The notes under the pieces were generated by a model. That model saw only the letters and a program-made list of their open reading frames with translations, had not been told where the DNA came from and did not search any database. Shown in pieces: positions 1-9,644 of a stretch of 64,000 bases of DNA. This stretch comes from a virus (lineage: Duplodnaviria > Caudoviricetes): IMG/VR virus record IMGVR_UViG_3300031555_003117, positions 1 to 64,000 of that record, one strand, 5' to 3'. The position numbers and the translations under genes were made by a program. Within the stretch, counting starts at the first letter, position 1; each line of letters opens with the position of its first letter.

Positions 1-35
1 CAGTGTCGGTGGTTCGATTCCGCCCCAAGGCACCA
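1..35 (+). tRNA. 3' half of a tRNA, probably tRNA-Phe (truncated by window edge)
   Basis: T-arm GGTTCGATTCC and CACCA end; GTGTCGGTGGTTCGATTCCG resembles tRNA-Phe 3' halves; anticodon not in window. Confidence 0.6.
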
Positions 36-111
36 GCGGTAGTAGCTCAGTTGGTAGAGCGCCACCTTGCCAAGGTGGAGGTCGCGAGTCCGAGTCTCGT
101 CTACCGCTCCA
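36..111 (+). tRNA. tRNA-Gly(GCC)
   Basis: 76 nt cloverleaf, anticodon arm CCACC-TTGCCAA-GGTGG, encoded CCA. Confidence 0.95.
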
Positions 112-118
112 TTTATTT

Positions 119-193
119 GGTGCCATAGCCAAGTGGTAAGGCAAAGGTCTGCAAAACCTTCATTCCCCGGTCCGAATCCGGGTGGCACCTCCA
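119..193 (+). tRNA. tRNA-Cys(GCA), likely prophage integration site
   Basis: Anticodon arm AAGGT-CTGCAAA-ACCTT, encoded CCA; integrase gene ends 66 bp downstream. Confidence 0.95.
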
Positions 194-200
194 CAGAATT

Positions 201-235
201 AAGCAAGTTGCTGAAAAGTGACTTGCTTTTTCTTT
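201..235 (+). terminator. Intrinsic terminator after tRNA cluster
   Basis: AAGCAAGT...ACTTGCTT stem followed by TTTCTTT. Confidence 0.7.
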
Positions 236-259
236 GCAAAAGTGACAAACAACATAACA

Positions 260-1180
260 TTAATCCAACACAGATCGCATCTCTTCCAGACCATCACCAT
301 ATAGATTTATATATGTGTTGTAGGTTATAGTCGTTGAACTATGTCCAAGTAGTTTAGAGAGTATTTTTATATTGCAACCTTTATAATAACAATTTGTTGC
401 AAAGGTGTGACGAAGAGAATGGACGCCACAATAGGTAATACCATGCCTTTCGCAGACGGTTTTGTAGTGTTTTGAAATTCTTCCGTAGTTTATAAGCTCT
501 CCTTTATCTGTAAAAACAAACTCGTTATACTTTTGCTTGCTCATAACATCAAGAATTTCAACTGCACGCTTGCTCAACGGTATTGTTCTTTCAGAACTTT
601 TTGTTTTAGGACTTGCTTGAATTTTAACAATGCATTGTTTGGAATTCAAAGCAGTTGCCCTGATCGTAATGCACTTTCGACGAAAGTCAACGCATTTCCA
701 AGTTAAAGCCTGCGCTTCTCCAACTCTTAAACCCGTCTCTAAGACGAATTCGATTATATATGAAGAAGTTCTAGGATCTTTGTGTAAAGCCGCTCTCAGC
801 GCCTCCTGCTCACTCTCAGACAATGCTACAACCTCTTTGCTCTGTTTTACTACAGATTCTCGCTTTGGCATCTTCACGCCTACTGTGTAATCCCGGTCAA
901 TCAGGTTGGCAGTAAAGGCATATCTAAGAGGCGCGGTGACAATAAGACGCTGTTTTGCAATTGTGGTATATGAATATCCGCTTTTTGTAAGTTCGTTCAC
1001 ATAATCTTGAATATGGTGCAGCCGGATATCCCGAATTTTCATCGAAGAAATATTATACCCACATAGAGCTTTTGCTTCGCCTTTGAGACGATTCAAAGTT
1101 CCCTCTTTAACAGAAAGGTGCTTTACGTTGTCAAGCCAATACGTAATGAAGTTCTCTAGCGTACTATTCCTCAATTCCAT
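260..1180 (-). CDS. int: Tyrosine recombinase (prophage integrase), 306 aa
   Basis: ETGLRVGE and HSLRHTFAT...LGH...Y motifs; start moved to ATG 1180 behind GGAGG RBS. Confidence 0.92.
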   Translation of the reverse strand: MELRNSTLENFITYWLDNVKHLSVKEGTLNRLKGEAKALCGYNISSMKIRDIRLHHIQDYVNELTKSGYSYTTIAKQRLIVTAPLRYAFTANLIDRDYTVGVKMPKRESVVKQSKEVVALSESEQEALRAALHKDPRTSSYIIEFVLETGLRVGEAQALTWKCVDFRRKCITIRATALNSKQCIVKIQASPKTKSSERTIPLSKRAVEILDVMSKQKYNEFVFTDKGELINYGRISKHYKTVCERHGITYCGVHSLRHTFATNCYYKGCNIKILSKLLGHSSTTITYNTYINLYGDGLEEMRSVLD

Positions 1181-1368
1181 TTCTAATCCTCCCTCATCAT
1201 CGGCAGGATGGCAACTATAAGTTTTCAAGGTTCTCAGCTGTAGGTTATCATTTTTCATTTCTAAAGTCAATTTGATTTCCTCTGTAATTAAGTATTTGCC
1301 CCATATTTGCAGCATTATAACCACAGGCTAGGGACATCTCATGCCTTAGATGTTCCCGTCACACTTTT

Positions 1369-1397
1369 ATTATAACATTATATAGAAAACATGTCAA
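1369..1397 (-). promoter_or_regulatory. sigmaA-type promoter for integrase
   Basis: TTGACA-17 bp-TATAAT with extended -10 TG on minus strand. Confidence 0.8.
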
Positions 1398-1442
1398 TAG
1401 TTTAAATGACAAAAATAAAGGGAATTGCTTTTTGCAACTCCC

Positions 1443-1793
1443 TTATCCAGCAGCTTCATCAGATTCTTCATTATCACAGACTTTATTCCCAAATTCGTCA
1501 ATGCCGTACTTATTCCTACTATTCTTTTCTGCAAAGCTTTTCGCCATATATCCTGAGACTATGCCTATGCAAGCAATAATAACGTTTGAAGTGATTTCAC
1601 TACACGTGTCCAATCCACACATGGCCAAAGCGTAAGATATAAATACACAAATAATCGTAAAAGCAACCGCCCATAAAACGATATATTTAGAGAACTCAAT
1701 CTTCTTCCTTTTTTTTAAGTGTTCTTTTCTAACAAGGACAAAATTTCTTTTATTTTGCCCGCGTTTCATATCACAGTTAGTAGGCAATGCCAT
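1443..1793 (-). CDS. Small two-TM membrane protein (holin-like)
   Basis: Two hydrophobic helices, basic N-terminus, acidic C-tail; last gene of late region. Confidence 0.6.
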   Translation of the reverse strand: MALPTNCDMKRGQNKRNFVLVRKEHLKKRKKIEFSKYIVLWAVAFTIICVFISYALAMCGLDTCSEITSNVIIACIGIVSGYMAKSFAEKNSRNKYGIDEFGNKVCDNEESDEAAG

Positions 1794-1799
1794 TTATCA

Positions 1800-2015
1800 T
1801 CACCACTTATGCCAGATGTTATCGTTACCTAACATGTAGGTGCTAGTTAAATCTGCTGTGTATGCAATTGAGCCAGGAGCACAAATCATCTCAATTTCTG
1901 TTCCCTCAGCTTCAGAAGTGGGAAGATCTGCTATGTCAGTTTCTGAATCAATAAGAAACTCAACTTTATATTTAGGGCTTTGAGGTCTCTCATGAATGTT
2001 TTGAATAGAAATCAT
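1800..2015 (-). CDS. Small phage protein, 71 aa
   Basis: RBS GGTGGTG; fits the tightly packed operon. Confidence 0.6.
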   Translation of the reverse strand: MISIQNIHERPQSPKYKVEFLIDSETDIADLPTSEAEGTEIEMICAPGSIAYTADLTSTYMLGNDNIWHKW

Positions 2016-2039
2016 GTTGTTTCACCACCTAAAAATCCA

Positions 2040-2414
2040 TTAAATCACAGAAAGCGCAGCTTCAATTGAACTACTCAGAGAAACGCTGCCGTTACCATCG
2101 TGATATCCGGCAGGTATTGTATATGCGACTTCTTCTAAACCGTCAATTTCTGCGGCAATAGCGCCATTGTTAGTCATAGTACCCTCGACCTTGCCACCGT
2201 TGATATAGGCGGTTTTCCCGGCAAGAATATCTGATTCAACTGCGCTCGCATCTGAAATGTTGGAGAATTCATCTGATACAGGTTGTACTTTGACGTATGA
2301 TAAGCCATAATAACCATCATCTGGAGTCACAATTTGTTCCTGCTTAGAAGGTTCAACGGTTTTTCCTTCAAGTAAAAATGCATCCTTAGTCTTGATTAAA
2401 ACTCCCATTCCCAT
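2040..2414 (-). CDS. Tail-fibre repeat-type protein
   Basis: DASAVESDILAGKTAYING and YTIPAGYHDGNG motifs typical of phage fibre repeats. Confidence 0.65.
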   Translation of the reverse strand: MGMGVLIKTKDAFLLEGKTVEPSKQEQIVTPDDGYYGLSYVKVQPVSDEFSNISDASAVESDILAGKTAYINGGKVEGTMTNNGAIAAEIDGLEEVAYTIPAGYHDGNGSVSLSSSIEAALSVI

Positions 2415-2418
2415 ATTA

Positions 2419-2835
2419 TCACCACCTCATACGAATCGGTATTCCAACAGTTGGAATGCTGCGCACACATATTTCGACACTTTCATTTGAAGTGTGAATC
2501 CACCTTACATTTTCATTCCACTCTGTCTCTGCAATATCATCTGATTCTCCAATATAATAAATTGTTGGATCATTAACGTCTGATATTCCATTAATGGGCA
2601 TAGTAAGAGTGTAGTATTCACCGCTTTCAGCCCAACCAGTAGTTGGAATAGTGGTGTCAATAACAACAGGAGCAGATATTTGGGCAAGTTTTTCTTTTTC
2701 GCTTGTAGAAAAGTCGTTTGTTGATAAACCCTTGCCATCTACCTTATCAACCTTATCCGTCAACCTGGCAACAATATCATTCCATAGTCTTTCGGCAAAA
2801 TCTCTAAACCCAGATTTACTTAAATATGCCACCAA
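2419..2835 (-). CDS. Accessory tail/fibre protein
   Basis: KVDKVDGKGLSTNDFST motif common in Firmicute phage fibre proteins. Confidence 0.6.
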   Translation of the reverse strand: MVAYLSKSGFRDFAERLWNDIVARLTDKVDKVDGKGLSTNDFSTSEKEKLAQISAPVVIDTTIPTTGWAESGEYYTLTMPINGISDVNDPTIYYIGESDDIAETEWNENVRWIHTSNESVEICVRSIPTVGIPIRMRW

Positions 2836-2924
2836 TTATTCACCCCCTTCATTTATCATTTTCAAAATTTCAAGGCACAAAAAATCAAACCATCAATTTC
2901 AGGTTTGACTCGTTATATCAAATT

Positions 2925-3152
2925 CTAAATGAATATCTCATTGCAGATTTCATTAATCTCTTCGCTTGTGATTGCTGTTAAGCAAAATGGAAGAGCAGTA
3001 ACCGTTGTTTGGCCATCACCAATTTTCATTCGAGGTTCAGAATTGTTGTCATCAATATCATAGATAATCAGTTCGCCATCAAGCGGAACGAAGTTAATAG
3101 CTTTATTCCAATTCGCTTCGGTGTCGTGTTTATTCTGAATTCTTGTTTTCAT
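2925..3152 (-). CDS. Small Mtd_N/hyaluronidase-N-like domain protein
   Basis: RIQNKHDTEANW...KIGDG...LPF motif; start moved to ATG 3152 behind GGAGG. Confidence 0.65.
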   Translation of the reverse strand: MKTRIQNKHDTEANWNKAINFVPLDGELIIYDIDDNNSEPRMKIGDGQTTVTALPFCLTAITSEEINEICNEIFI

Positions 3153-3218
3153 GGTGTTTGAATTGCCTCCTTCCAATATCGAGGTGGGGTTGAGTATTAA
3201 GCTCAACCCCGATATTCA

Positions 3219-4847
3219 TCAGATATTCTTGGTAGAGCTGCCACAATCAAAGATGATATAGTCGCCTTCATCCTGCACAAGATCATTTACATTACCAGTA
3301 GTAGCAATTGTAGCCAGAGCAACTTCAGTCTTAGCAGTCAGCTTACCATCAGTGATGGTAACGCCGGTCAGCACAGAACCCTCGGTTGCAACGATCTCAG
3401 AATCCAGATCTGCAACGGCAGCTTCAACAGCGCCGGATACAGTGGACTGAGTAGCAACCTTGTTCTCGGCGCTAACTTCGCCATCAATCTCCAGAGCATC
3501 CTGCTTGGCATCCCACTTTGCCTTATCGCCTACGGCAATCTTGTCGAGTTCTTCCTTGTTTGCGTGCTCATGATCGATAGCCTCCAGAGCTTCAACGCGG
3601 GAGTTCATCTGGGTGTTCAGCCCATCAGCATAATCCTTAGCATTCTGCTCGGCAGCATCCCAGTTTGCAACCTTGGCTTCCATGGCAGCGATACGGCCAA
3701 TGGCAGCGGTCAAATCAGTAGCAAGAGCGTACTTGTCTACACCTTCCACCTGCAGTGCAGCGGCGATAGCTTCAGTAATCTGAGTAGCTACAGCCTTTTC
3801 GCCTACCAGCCCTTCGAGGGCGGCGATATCCTCCTCATTAGCAGACACCTTGTTGCTCAGTTCAAGAGCATCCTCAGCGTGGCCATTGATCCAAGTAACG
3901 AGCTCGTTGATGGAGTTCATAGTGTCATCGGGATTCTCCATAATGGCAGCTACAGCCTGAGCAATCTTGTAATCGACAGAGCCTTCGACCTCAGCACCGT
4001 CATTCAGTGTTGCGATGGCGTCAGTGTTAGCCTTGATGTCAGCCTTCACCTGAGTGTCATCGTAGGTGGCAGCGGTCTGAGCTTCAGAAATCATCTGAAC
4101 GACGGTCTTATCTGCGGGAACTTCGCCAACCTTGCCGGACAGAGTATCAACTGCAGTCTGAGCAGCAGCAGCCTTATCATCCGCAGCCTTTGCAGCGGCA
4201 GCATTTTCACTCTCGACCTTCTTTGCACGTTCGATTTCTTCATCCAGCTTGGTCTGCACTTTGGCAGCCTCACCCTTTGCCTCATAGGTATTGGCGAGAT
4301 CCAGTGCAGCAATTGCGTTTGCAATCTGAGTTGCAACGGCTTCGTTACCCACCAGACCCTGCAGAGCTTCGATAGCGGCGGTGTCATTGGGGATTACAAT
4401 TGCGGAACCCTCAACGTCTGCCCATGCAGAGTCAGTCTTGCCCTTGCTTTGCAGCTTGTAGTTGTAATCGTCAACTTTTACGATCTGATACTGAGTATCA
4501 GTATCAACTGAGATACCCATCTGCTCTTCAACATAGTTAGCAATGTAAGCATCAATGCCGGTAATGTCTTTTGCTTCATAAGTGGGCTTAGTTGCCGCCT
4601 TTGCCCAATCATAAACGTCAGCAGCCTTTGCAGAAACAAAGGGAAGAGCGTTGTAGTTACTTGTGCCATCGCCAACCTTAATCAGCACTTGCGGTGCAGT
4701 TACGCTGTTTACTTCCTGAGTATTACCAGATGCGATGGTAGCGATTGCCATTTCGCCAGCTTTTAGAACAGGGTTGTTGGTAGTCCAATTTGTATACGTG
4801 TCGTATTTGAGCAGAATTCTGGTATTAATAGTGTTGATATTAGCCAT
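3219..4847 (-). CDS. Fibre-like protein: Mtd_N-like N-terminus plus long Ala/Glu-rich coiled coil
   Basis: RILLKYDTYTNW...NPVLKAGE...KVGDG...LPF motif then heptad-like helical region. Confidence 0.7.
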   Translation of the reverse strand: MANINTINTRILLKYDTYTNWTTNNPVLKAGEMAIATIASGNTQEVNSVTAPQVLIKVGDGTSNYNALPFVSAKAADVYDWAKAATKPTYEAKDITGIDAYIANYVEEQMGISVDTDTQYQIVKVDDYNYKLQSKGKTDSAWADVEGSAIVIPNDTAAIEALQGLVGNEAVATQIANAIAALDLANTYEAKGEAAKVQTKLDEEIERAKKVESENAAAAKAADDKAAAAQTAVDTLSGKVGEVPADKTVVQMISEAQTAATYDDTQVKADIKANTDAIATLNDGAEVEGSVDYKIAQAVAAIMENPDDTMNSINELVTWINGHAEDALELSNKVSANEEDIAALEGLVGEKAVATQITEAIAAALQVEGVDKYALATDLTAAIGRIAAMEAKVANWDAAEQNAKDYADGLNTQMNSRVEALEAIDHEHANKEELDKIAVGDKAKWDAKQDALEIDGEVSAENKVATQSTVSGAVEAAVADLDSEIVATEGSVLTGVTITDGKLTAKTEVALATIATTGNVNDLVQDEGDYIIFDCGSSTKNI

Positions 4848-4933
4848 TTTTCATTCTCCTTCGTCAAAAAAACATATTATATAATAAGAGCCCGACAATA
4901 TTGCCGGACTCCTTTATATTGATTAGTTATATA

Positions 4934-6898
4934 TTAAACAGCGGATGTACCACCATTTAGGATAAATGCTTCGCCTTCGGTCTGAACAAGTTTATTTACG
5001 TTCACCTTGCCAACACCAAGAGAGCCATCACTGGAAATGGTTACTTCGTCGGTTGCTTTAAGACCAGCACCAATCGGGATTGTCACACATTTCTCAGCAA
5101 TCTCTAGGAGACTATCGCCGAGTTTTACAGATTCAATCTTGTTAACCTGCGCTGACTCTTCTATGCCCTCTAATTTACTGATAAGGGTGTCACTTACCAG
5201 AGATTTGCCTTCTTCAGCAGTAACTTTCTCGGCAACTTCTGTTTCGATATCTGCAACACGCTGGTCATTGGAAGTTTTGTATGTTTCCAAAGCCTGCGCT
5301 ACGGAAGCAGCCGTCTCGGAAGTGTCGCTCAAGCCGTCAAGAACTTCCTGAATCCTGCTTTCTGTCTCAGTCTTTGTATAAGCATCTGTAATTCCGTAGT
5401 CTGCCAAAGTTGATCCACGGTTTGCCTTGCCATCAAGAGCATCAGCCAAACCGCTCACTTTGCCCATTGCAACTTCGATCAGGGTAAGCTTCTTGCTTTC
5501 GTCAATTGCAAACTGAGTTTCGTCAACGCTATCAATCTTATTAACCTGAGCACCAGCTTCAATGCCTTCTAGTTTTGTACCCTCAGCATCAGTCATAAGA
5601 CGCTTGCCATCTTCAACATTTACCTTACCAGCAAGTGCGTCAGAAAGCCCATCGACCTTCTCCATGGGAACGTCAAGTAGGGAAAGTTTGCGATCAGAAT
5701 CAATATTGAACTGGGTTTCATCCACAGTTTCAATCTTGTTTGCCTGAGCGCCATCTTCAATGCCAGACAGCTTGTTTTCGATTGTAGTAACGCGGCCAGC
5801 AAGCTCTGTCAGGTCAGATGCCTTGGCATAGTCGCCTATCTTGAGGGCATCTACAACCTCTTGAATGTATGCAACGACAGTAGTTGAAGCTGCACCTTCC
5901 GGCAGAGCGCCTACGAATTCTTCAAGCGCATCGATTTCATTCTGTAGTTCAGTTTTGTCAGCGCCCTTCAGATAATCCTTTTCGATATTATCTACACGGG
6001 TGATGAGCTGTGCGCTACTGGTGGTATCAGCCAGAATCCAGTCAGCTACTTCGCGCAAGGTGTCGTACTTTTCGTCAATGCCAGCTTCACCAATGATAGC
6101 GTCAATAGCCTCTTGCTTGGCGGTTGCAATTGCAGTGTCGGCCTCAGTCTTGGTGTAAACATCGGTCTTTGTGTATACGTTCGCAATCTGCTCCTGGAGA
6201 GTGTCAATCTCGCCTTCGGCAGTTGTTACACGGCCAGCAAGTGCAGTATCATCGTAAGTGGCAGCTTCCTGCGCATCTTCGATCATTTCAACTACAGTCT
6301 TGCCTTCTGCAACAGTGCCGATCTTTTCATTGATGGCAGCAACGTTGGCAGTATTGTCGGCAACGCCTTTTACAAGGCCACTCTCTGCATTACCCACTGT
6401 GCTTTCCAGTGCAGCAATGTCAACTTTTAGTGCTTCAATTTCAGCAGCTAGTCCTTCAACAGTCGTAGCAGACGGACGAACCCAGGTTAAACCTGCGCTT
6501 GTCATTAAGGGCTGATATTTTATTTGAACCTCTTCGCCTTCGTCGTTCTCTTCTGTAAATGTCAGACCAGAAATTCCAGCCAGCGATACAGTGCCATCTT
6601 CTGCAACTACAATGCTCTTTTCGTCACCGATGGGGGAGATGCCGATTTCACTTAGAGATCCATCTACCTGAATGCAGAAGTTGGTTACAGTATTAGCGGT
6701 AGTATCAATATATACAACACGCTGACCTACGAAAGCTGCATCAGTAAGAGCATAATCCTTTAGAGCCTGAAGATCATTATACCAAACCTCAGATTTATCC
6801 AACGGCTGGCCGTTGAGTCGGCTGAAGCTCTTACCGAAAGACATTAGATTATCAGCATGAAAATCAACGCTTGCATTCTGTCCATAAAGTTTTGCCAT
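4934..6898 (-). CDS. Coiled-coil fibre-like protein with internal repeats
   Basis: 654 aa; LxGIExxAQxNKI motif three times; helical acidic composition. Confidence 0.7.
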   Translation of the reverse strand: MAKLYGQNASVDFHADNLMSFGKSFSRLNGQPLDKSEVWYNDLQALKDYALTDAAFVGQRVVYIDTTANTVTNFCIQVDGSLSEIGISPIGDEKSIVVAEDGTVSLAGISGLTFTEENDEGEEVQIKYQPLMTSAGLTWVRPSATTVEGLAAEIEALKVDIAALESTVGNAESGLVKGVADNTANVAAINEKIGTVAEGKTVVEMIEDAQEAATYDDTALAGRVTTAEGEIDTLQEQIANVYTKTDVYTKTEADTAIATAKQEAIDAIIGEAGIDEKYDTLREVADWILADTTSSAQLITRVDNIEKDYLKGADKTELQNEIDALEEFVGALPEGAASTTVVAYIQEVVDALKIGDYAKASDLTELAGRVTTIENKLSGIEDGAQANKIETVDETQFNIDSDRKLSLLDVPMEKVDGLSDALAGKVNVEDGKRLMTDAEGTKLEGIEAGAQVNKIDSVDETQFAIDESKKLTLIEVAMGKVSGLADALDGKANRGSTLADYGITDAYTKTETESRIQEVLDGLSDTSETAASVAQALETYKTSNDQRVADIETEVAEKVTAEEGKSLVSDTLISKLEGIEESAQVNKIESVKLGDSLLEIAEKCVTIPIGAGLKATDEVTISSDGSLGVGKVNVNKLVQTEGEAFILNGGTSAV

Positions 6899-6920
6899 GA
6901 TTATTTACCTCCATTGTACA

Positions 6921-8294
6921 TTACTGTAGAGTTACACGATACTGCGTCGCAGCTTCAAAGCCAGCAGGGTTTGCATGTGTAAAGGTGTACACAGTGTATG
7001 CAACCTTACCATTGTCGCCACCACGATAATCTGCTACTTCTACATCTGTTGTCTGCACAAATCCACTGAAGTTCTCCCAGCTCATGGTGAAGTATTCAAA
7101 CTTCGGAGCTTTGGAAGTATAAATCTTGGGATAGGCAACAACGATTTTCTGTGCGCCAACAGGTACAGTAAAGGTTTGTGCAGTTTTGCTTGTCTGCTTA
7201 TTAACCAAGCTTAATGCACGAATATTGGCAGAATTTAGTTCGTCTTCGGCGTTCATTGTACCCATGAACATCTTGCGCCAACCTGATACGGTAGCAGATG
7301 CAGTCTTTTTGGTGCCAGCATCAATAGTCCAGGAGCCGCCAGCCTGTGGCGTGTATTCAACGCCGGTTTCGCTGTTGCTTGTTTCGCCCACGTTGTTAGT
7401 AGGGGTGCGAGTAGATGCGGGATAAGTGCATTCTGCTGTGAAGTTATAAGTGATAGAAGTATCGTCAACAATCAGATCCTGCAACTCGGTATCCTTCAGG
7501 TTAGCAGAAGTCATGGTAAGCTTTGCAGAATTGGCATTAGTAACGGTCTTAACGTCAGTGCTCTGATCGCAAGTCACTTCAATTTCAGATGCAGTAATAC
7601 CTGCGGCAGTATCAGTACCAGACACCTTATTGCCTTCCGCATCTACATAGCCGTAAGTGTACTTACCGTCGTTAAAAGTAGCAGTAGCAGTAGGCAGGGT
7701 ATAAGTAGTACCAACTTCTTGAGAAATATTGCCAGAAGTAATCAGGCTAAAACCGGGCGCAGTCTTAGTAGGGTTGATAATATCCACATGAGCGCCCATC
7801 AGCAGTTCTTTTAGGTTTTTTCCAGCAGAGGGAATAGTAACATTGCCGTTCGTAAGCTTGTATTTACCGAATGCGTAAGTAAAAAGCATATCTTCGCTAA
7901 AATAAACGTTTTCGGCATTGTAGTTGCCATCCATCGCCGCCCAAGCAGTTCCGTTATATACATAAGCGGTATATGAATAATGCCCAGTGGAGATCGGTTC
8001 TTTTACAATAGCGGAGTCGCCTTTGACCGGCTCAGTTGCACCAACCACTCGTGCAATTGCATCAGGGTGACTTTCGCCTTCTTCAAGCGTAGCTTCGAAG
8101 GTATGACCCTCTTCGCCGCCCCAATAGGGAAGTTCTTTCCAGCTTTTAACGCCGTCGCCGATTTTCATTTTTACTTTGCCGTCAGCAGTGAATTCCACGC
8201 CAACTTCGCTTTTAAGCAAAACAACATCTTCGTTAGTCAGCCAGTTTGCGCTAGTATCGTTACGCAGTACAATTCTGGTATTCAGTTCAGCCAT
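6921..8294 (-). CDS. Mtd_N-like domain protein with Thr-rich beta-sandwich C-terminus
   Basis: RIVLRNDTSANW...KIGDGVKSWKELPY; Thr-rich Ig-like remainder. Confidence 0.7.
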   Translation of the reverse strand: MAELNTRIVLRNDTSANWLTNEDVVLLKSEVGVEFTADGKVKMKIGDGVKSWKELPYWGGEEGHTFEATLEEGESHPDAIARVVGATEPVKGDSAIVKEPISTGHYSYTAYVYNGTAWAAMDGNYNAENVYFSEDMLFTYAFGKYKLTNGNVTIPSAGKNLKELLMGAHVDIINPTKTAPGFSLITSGNISQEVGTTYTLPTATATFNDGKYTYGYVDAEGNKVSGTDTAAGITASEIEVTCDQSTDVKTVTNANSAKLTMTSANLKDTELQDLIVDDTSITYNFTAECTYPASTRTPTNNVGETSNSETGVEYTPQAGGSWTIDAGTKKTASATVSGWRKMFMGTMNAEDELNSANIRALSLVNKQTSKTAQTFTVPVGAQKIVVAYPKIYTSKAPKFEYFTMSWENFSGFVQTTDVEVADYRGGDNGKVAYTVYTFTHANPAGFEAATQYRVTLQ

Positions 8295-8315
8295 TTTTAC
8301 ATTCCTCCCAAATAA

Positions 8316-8687
8316 TTAATCCACGGCAGCATGTCCGCCATGGATTAGTTCAATATCAATCAGTGAACCAGATTCATCTGTGCTAGAAATAATTTCGTAT
8401 TTCAAAGCCGTCGAATTCCACTGATAGATTTTCTTTTCAGTTTCAGCTTTATATATTACATTAGCTCTTCCAATTGAAGGAAAGTCGTAATGCGTATTGG
8501 CATTTACTACGCTACTTTCGCCCATATACGGAAGATCTTTCCATGCAGTAATGCCATCGCCAATTTTTAGCCTGTTTTCATCTGTGACAAATCCAGGCTC
8601 ACTTTCTGCTAAAACAGGATTTACTTCATTCCATCTAGCAGCCGTTCCTTTTTTGAATTGGAAGGTTACATTTACAGTTGTAGACAT
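8316..8687 (-). CDS. Mtd_N-like domain protein
   Basis: FQFKKGTAARWNEVNPVLAESEPG...KIGDGITAWKDLPY. Confidence 0.72.
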   Translation of the reverse strand: MSTTVNVTFQFKKGTAARWNEVNPVLAESEPGFVTDENRLKIGDGITAWKDLPYMGESSVVNANTHYDFPSIGRANVIYKAETEKKIYQWNSTALKYEIISSTDESGSLIDIELIHGGHAAVD

Positions 8688-8702
8688 TTCTTTTGTCCTC
8701 CG

Positions 8703-9053
8703 TTAAATGCTTCCACCAGAAAACGTGTATTCTGTCTCTGGATTAATACCAGTAGAAGTAACTTTCAATACACCATCTTGCAATTCCAATCCTTCGCCAA
8801 GTTCACTGATGGTGGGCATAGTTGAAAGTTTTTCTGCATCAGCTTGAGATACAAGAACCATGCCCTCTTCTTTATCAATTTTGTTGTCAATTTTTGTAGT
8901 TACTGTTTCTACAAAATCAGGATCTTCGTCTAAGACCTGCATGAAGTCTTTTAAGGTATCTACGGTTTCGGGGCTGCTGCCAAGCACGCTACTTACAGTG
9001 TTCTTAGCAATTGCCTTAGCGATAACCAATGCGCTTCCATCTATTCCAGGCAT
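8703..9053 (-). CDS. Accessory tail protein
   Basis: SPETVDTLKDFMQVL motif seen in phage fibre proteins; RBS GGAGG. Confidence 0.55.
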   Translation of the reverse strand: MPGIDGSALVIAKAIAKNTVSSVLGSSPETVDTLKDFMQVLDEDPDFVETVTTKIDNKIDKEEGMVLVSQADAEKLSTMPTISELGEGLELQDGVLKVTSTGINPETEYTFSGGSI

Positions 9054-9136
9054 CTGTTAATCGCCTCCTCATCATAATGATTTGCGCCTAAATAATTGAC
9101 CAACGCCTATATGACGTTGGTCGAATATTAAGTATC

Positions 9137-9268
9137 TTACTCTGCGATCATATCTTCACAGCCAGAATCGCGCAGTAGTTCTGCCACCTGCTCTTTGAGC
9201 TTTGCAGGAACCTGTGCATATGTCTTTTTTCCCAGAATAATCTGTTGACACCATAGCATAGCCATCAT
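9137..9268 (-). CDS. CD1375/XkdX-like small phage protein, 43 aa
   Basis: GKKTYAQVPAKLKEQVAELL motif; RBS AAAGGAGG upstream of ATG 9268. Confidence 0.65.
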   Translation of the reverse strand: MMAMLWCQQIILGKKTYAQVPAKLKEQVAELLRDSGCEDMIAE

Positions 9269-9320
9269 TTCTTCGCCCTCCTTTCCAAATAAGATTTGAA
9301 ATAAAAGCAAGTATAGCCTA

Positions 9321-9629
9321 TTAAGCATAGACAATCTCACTCATTTCCAGGATACATTCAGTGAGCATCGCATTCTGCTCTTCGAGCTCTGCATTGCGTT
9401 TAATCAGATCAAACATATTGTTGCCCAGATCAACTTCAACAGCAACCGCTTCGGGAGCATCCAGAATTGCAGTGCCACCCGCAACGTTGTAAGCAACACC
9501 GTTTGCAGCAATACCAATGGCATCGTCTTTTTCGCATTCAATGTAAGCACCGGTGTCCGGATTAAGTTTAATATATCGTGGAGTTTCGCAAATAGCGATA
9601 TTCACACCTTCGCTAACAATCATATACAT
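9321..9629 (-). CDS. Hypothetical phage protein with C-terminal coiled coil
   Basis: RBS GGAGG; adjacent to CD1375-like gene. Confidence 0.6.
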   Translation of the reverse strand: MYMIVSEGVNIAICETPRYIKLNPDTGAYIECEKDDAIGIAANGVAYNVAGGTAILDAPEAVAVEVDLGNNMFDLIKRNAELEEQNAMLTECILEMSEIVYA

Positions 9630-9644
9630 ATAATGTGTCCTCCG

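Noticed and set aside
67-330. 87 aa ORF over the tRNAs
   Set aside because: Overlaps tRNA-Gly and tRNA-Cys; spurious
1181-1324. N-terminal extension of the integrase
   Set aside because: No RBS at 1324; GGAGG precedes ATG 1180
3564-4511. 315 aa plus-strand ORF and the many other antisense ORFs over capsid, tail and TMP genes
   Set aside because: Shadows of codon-biased sense genes; no RBS or recognisable motifs
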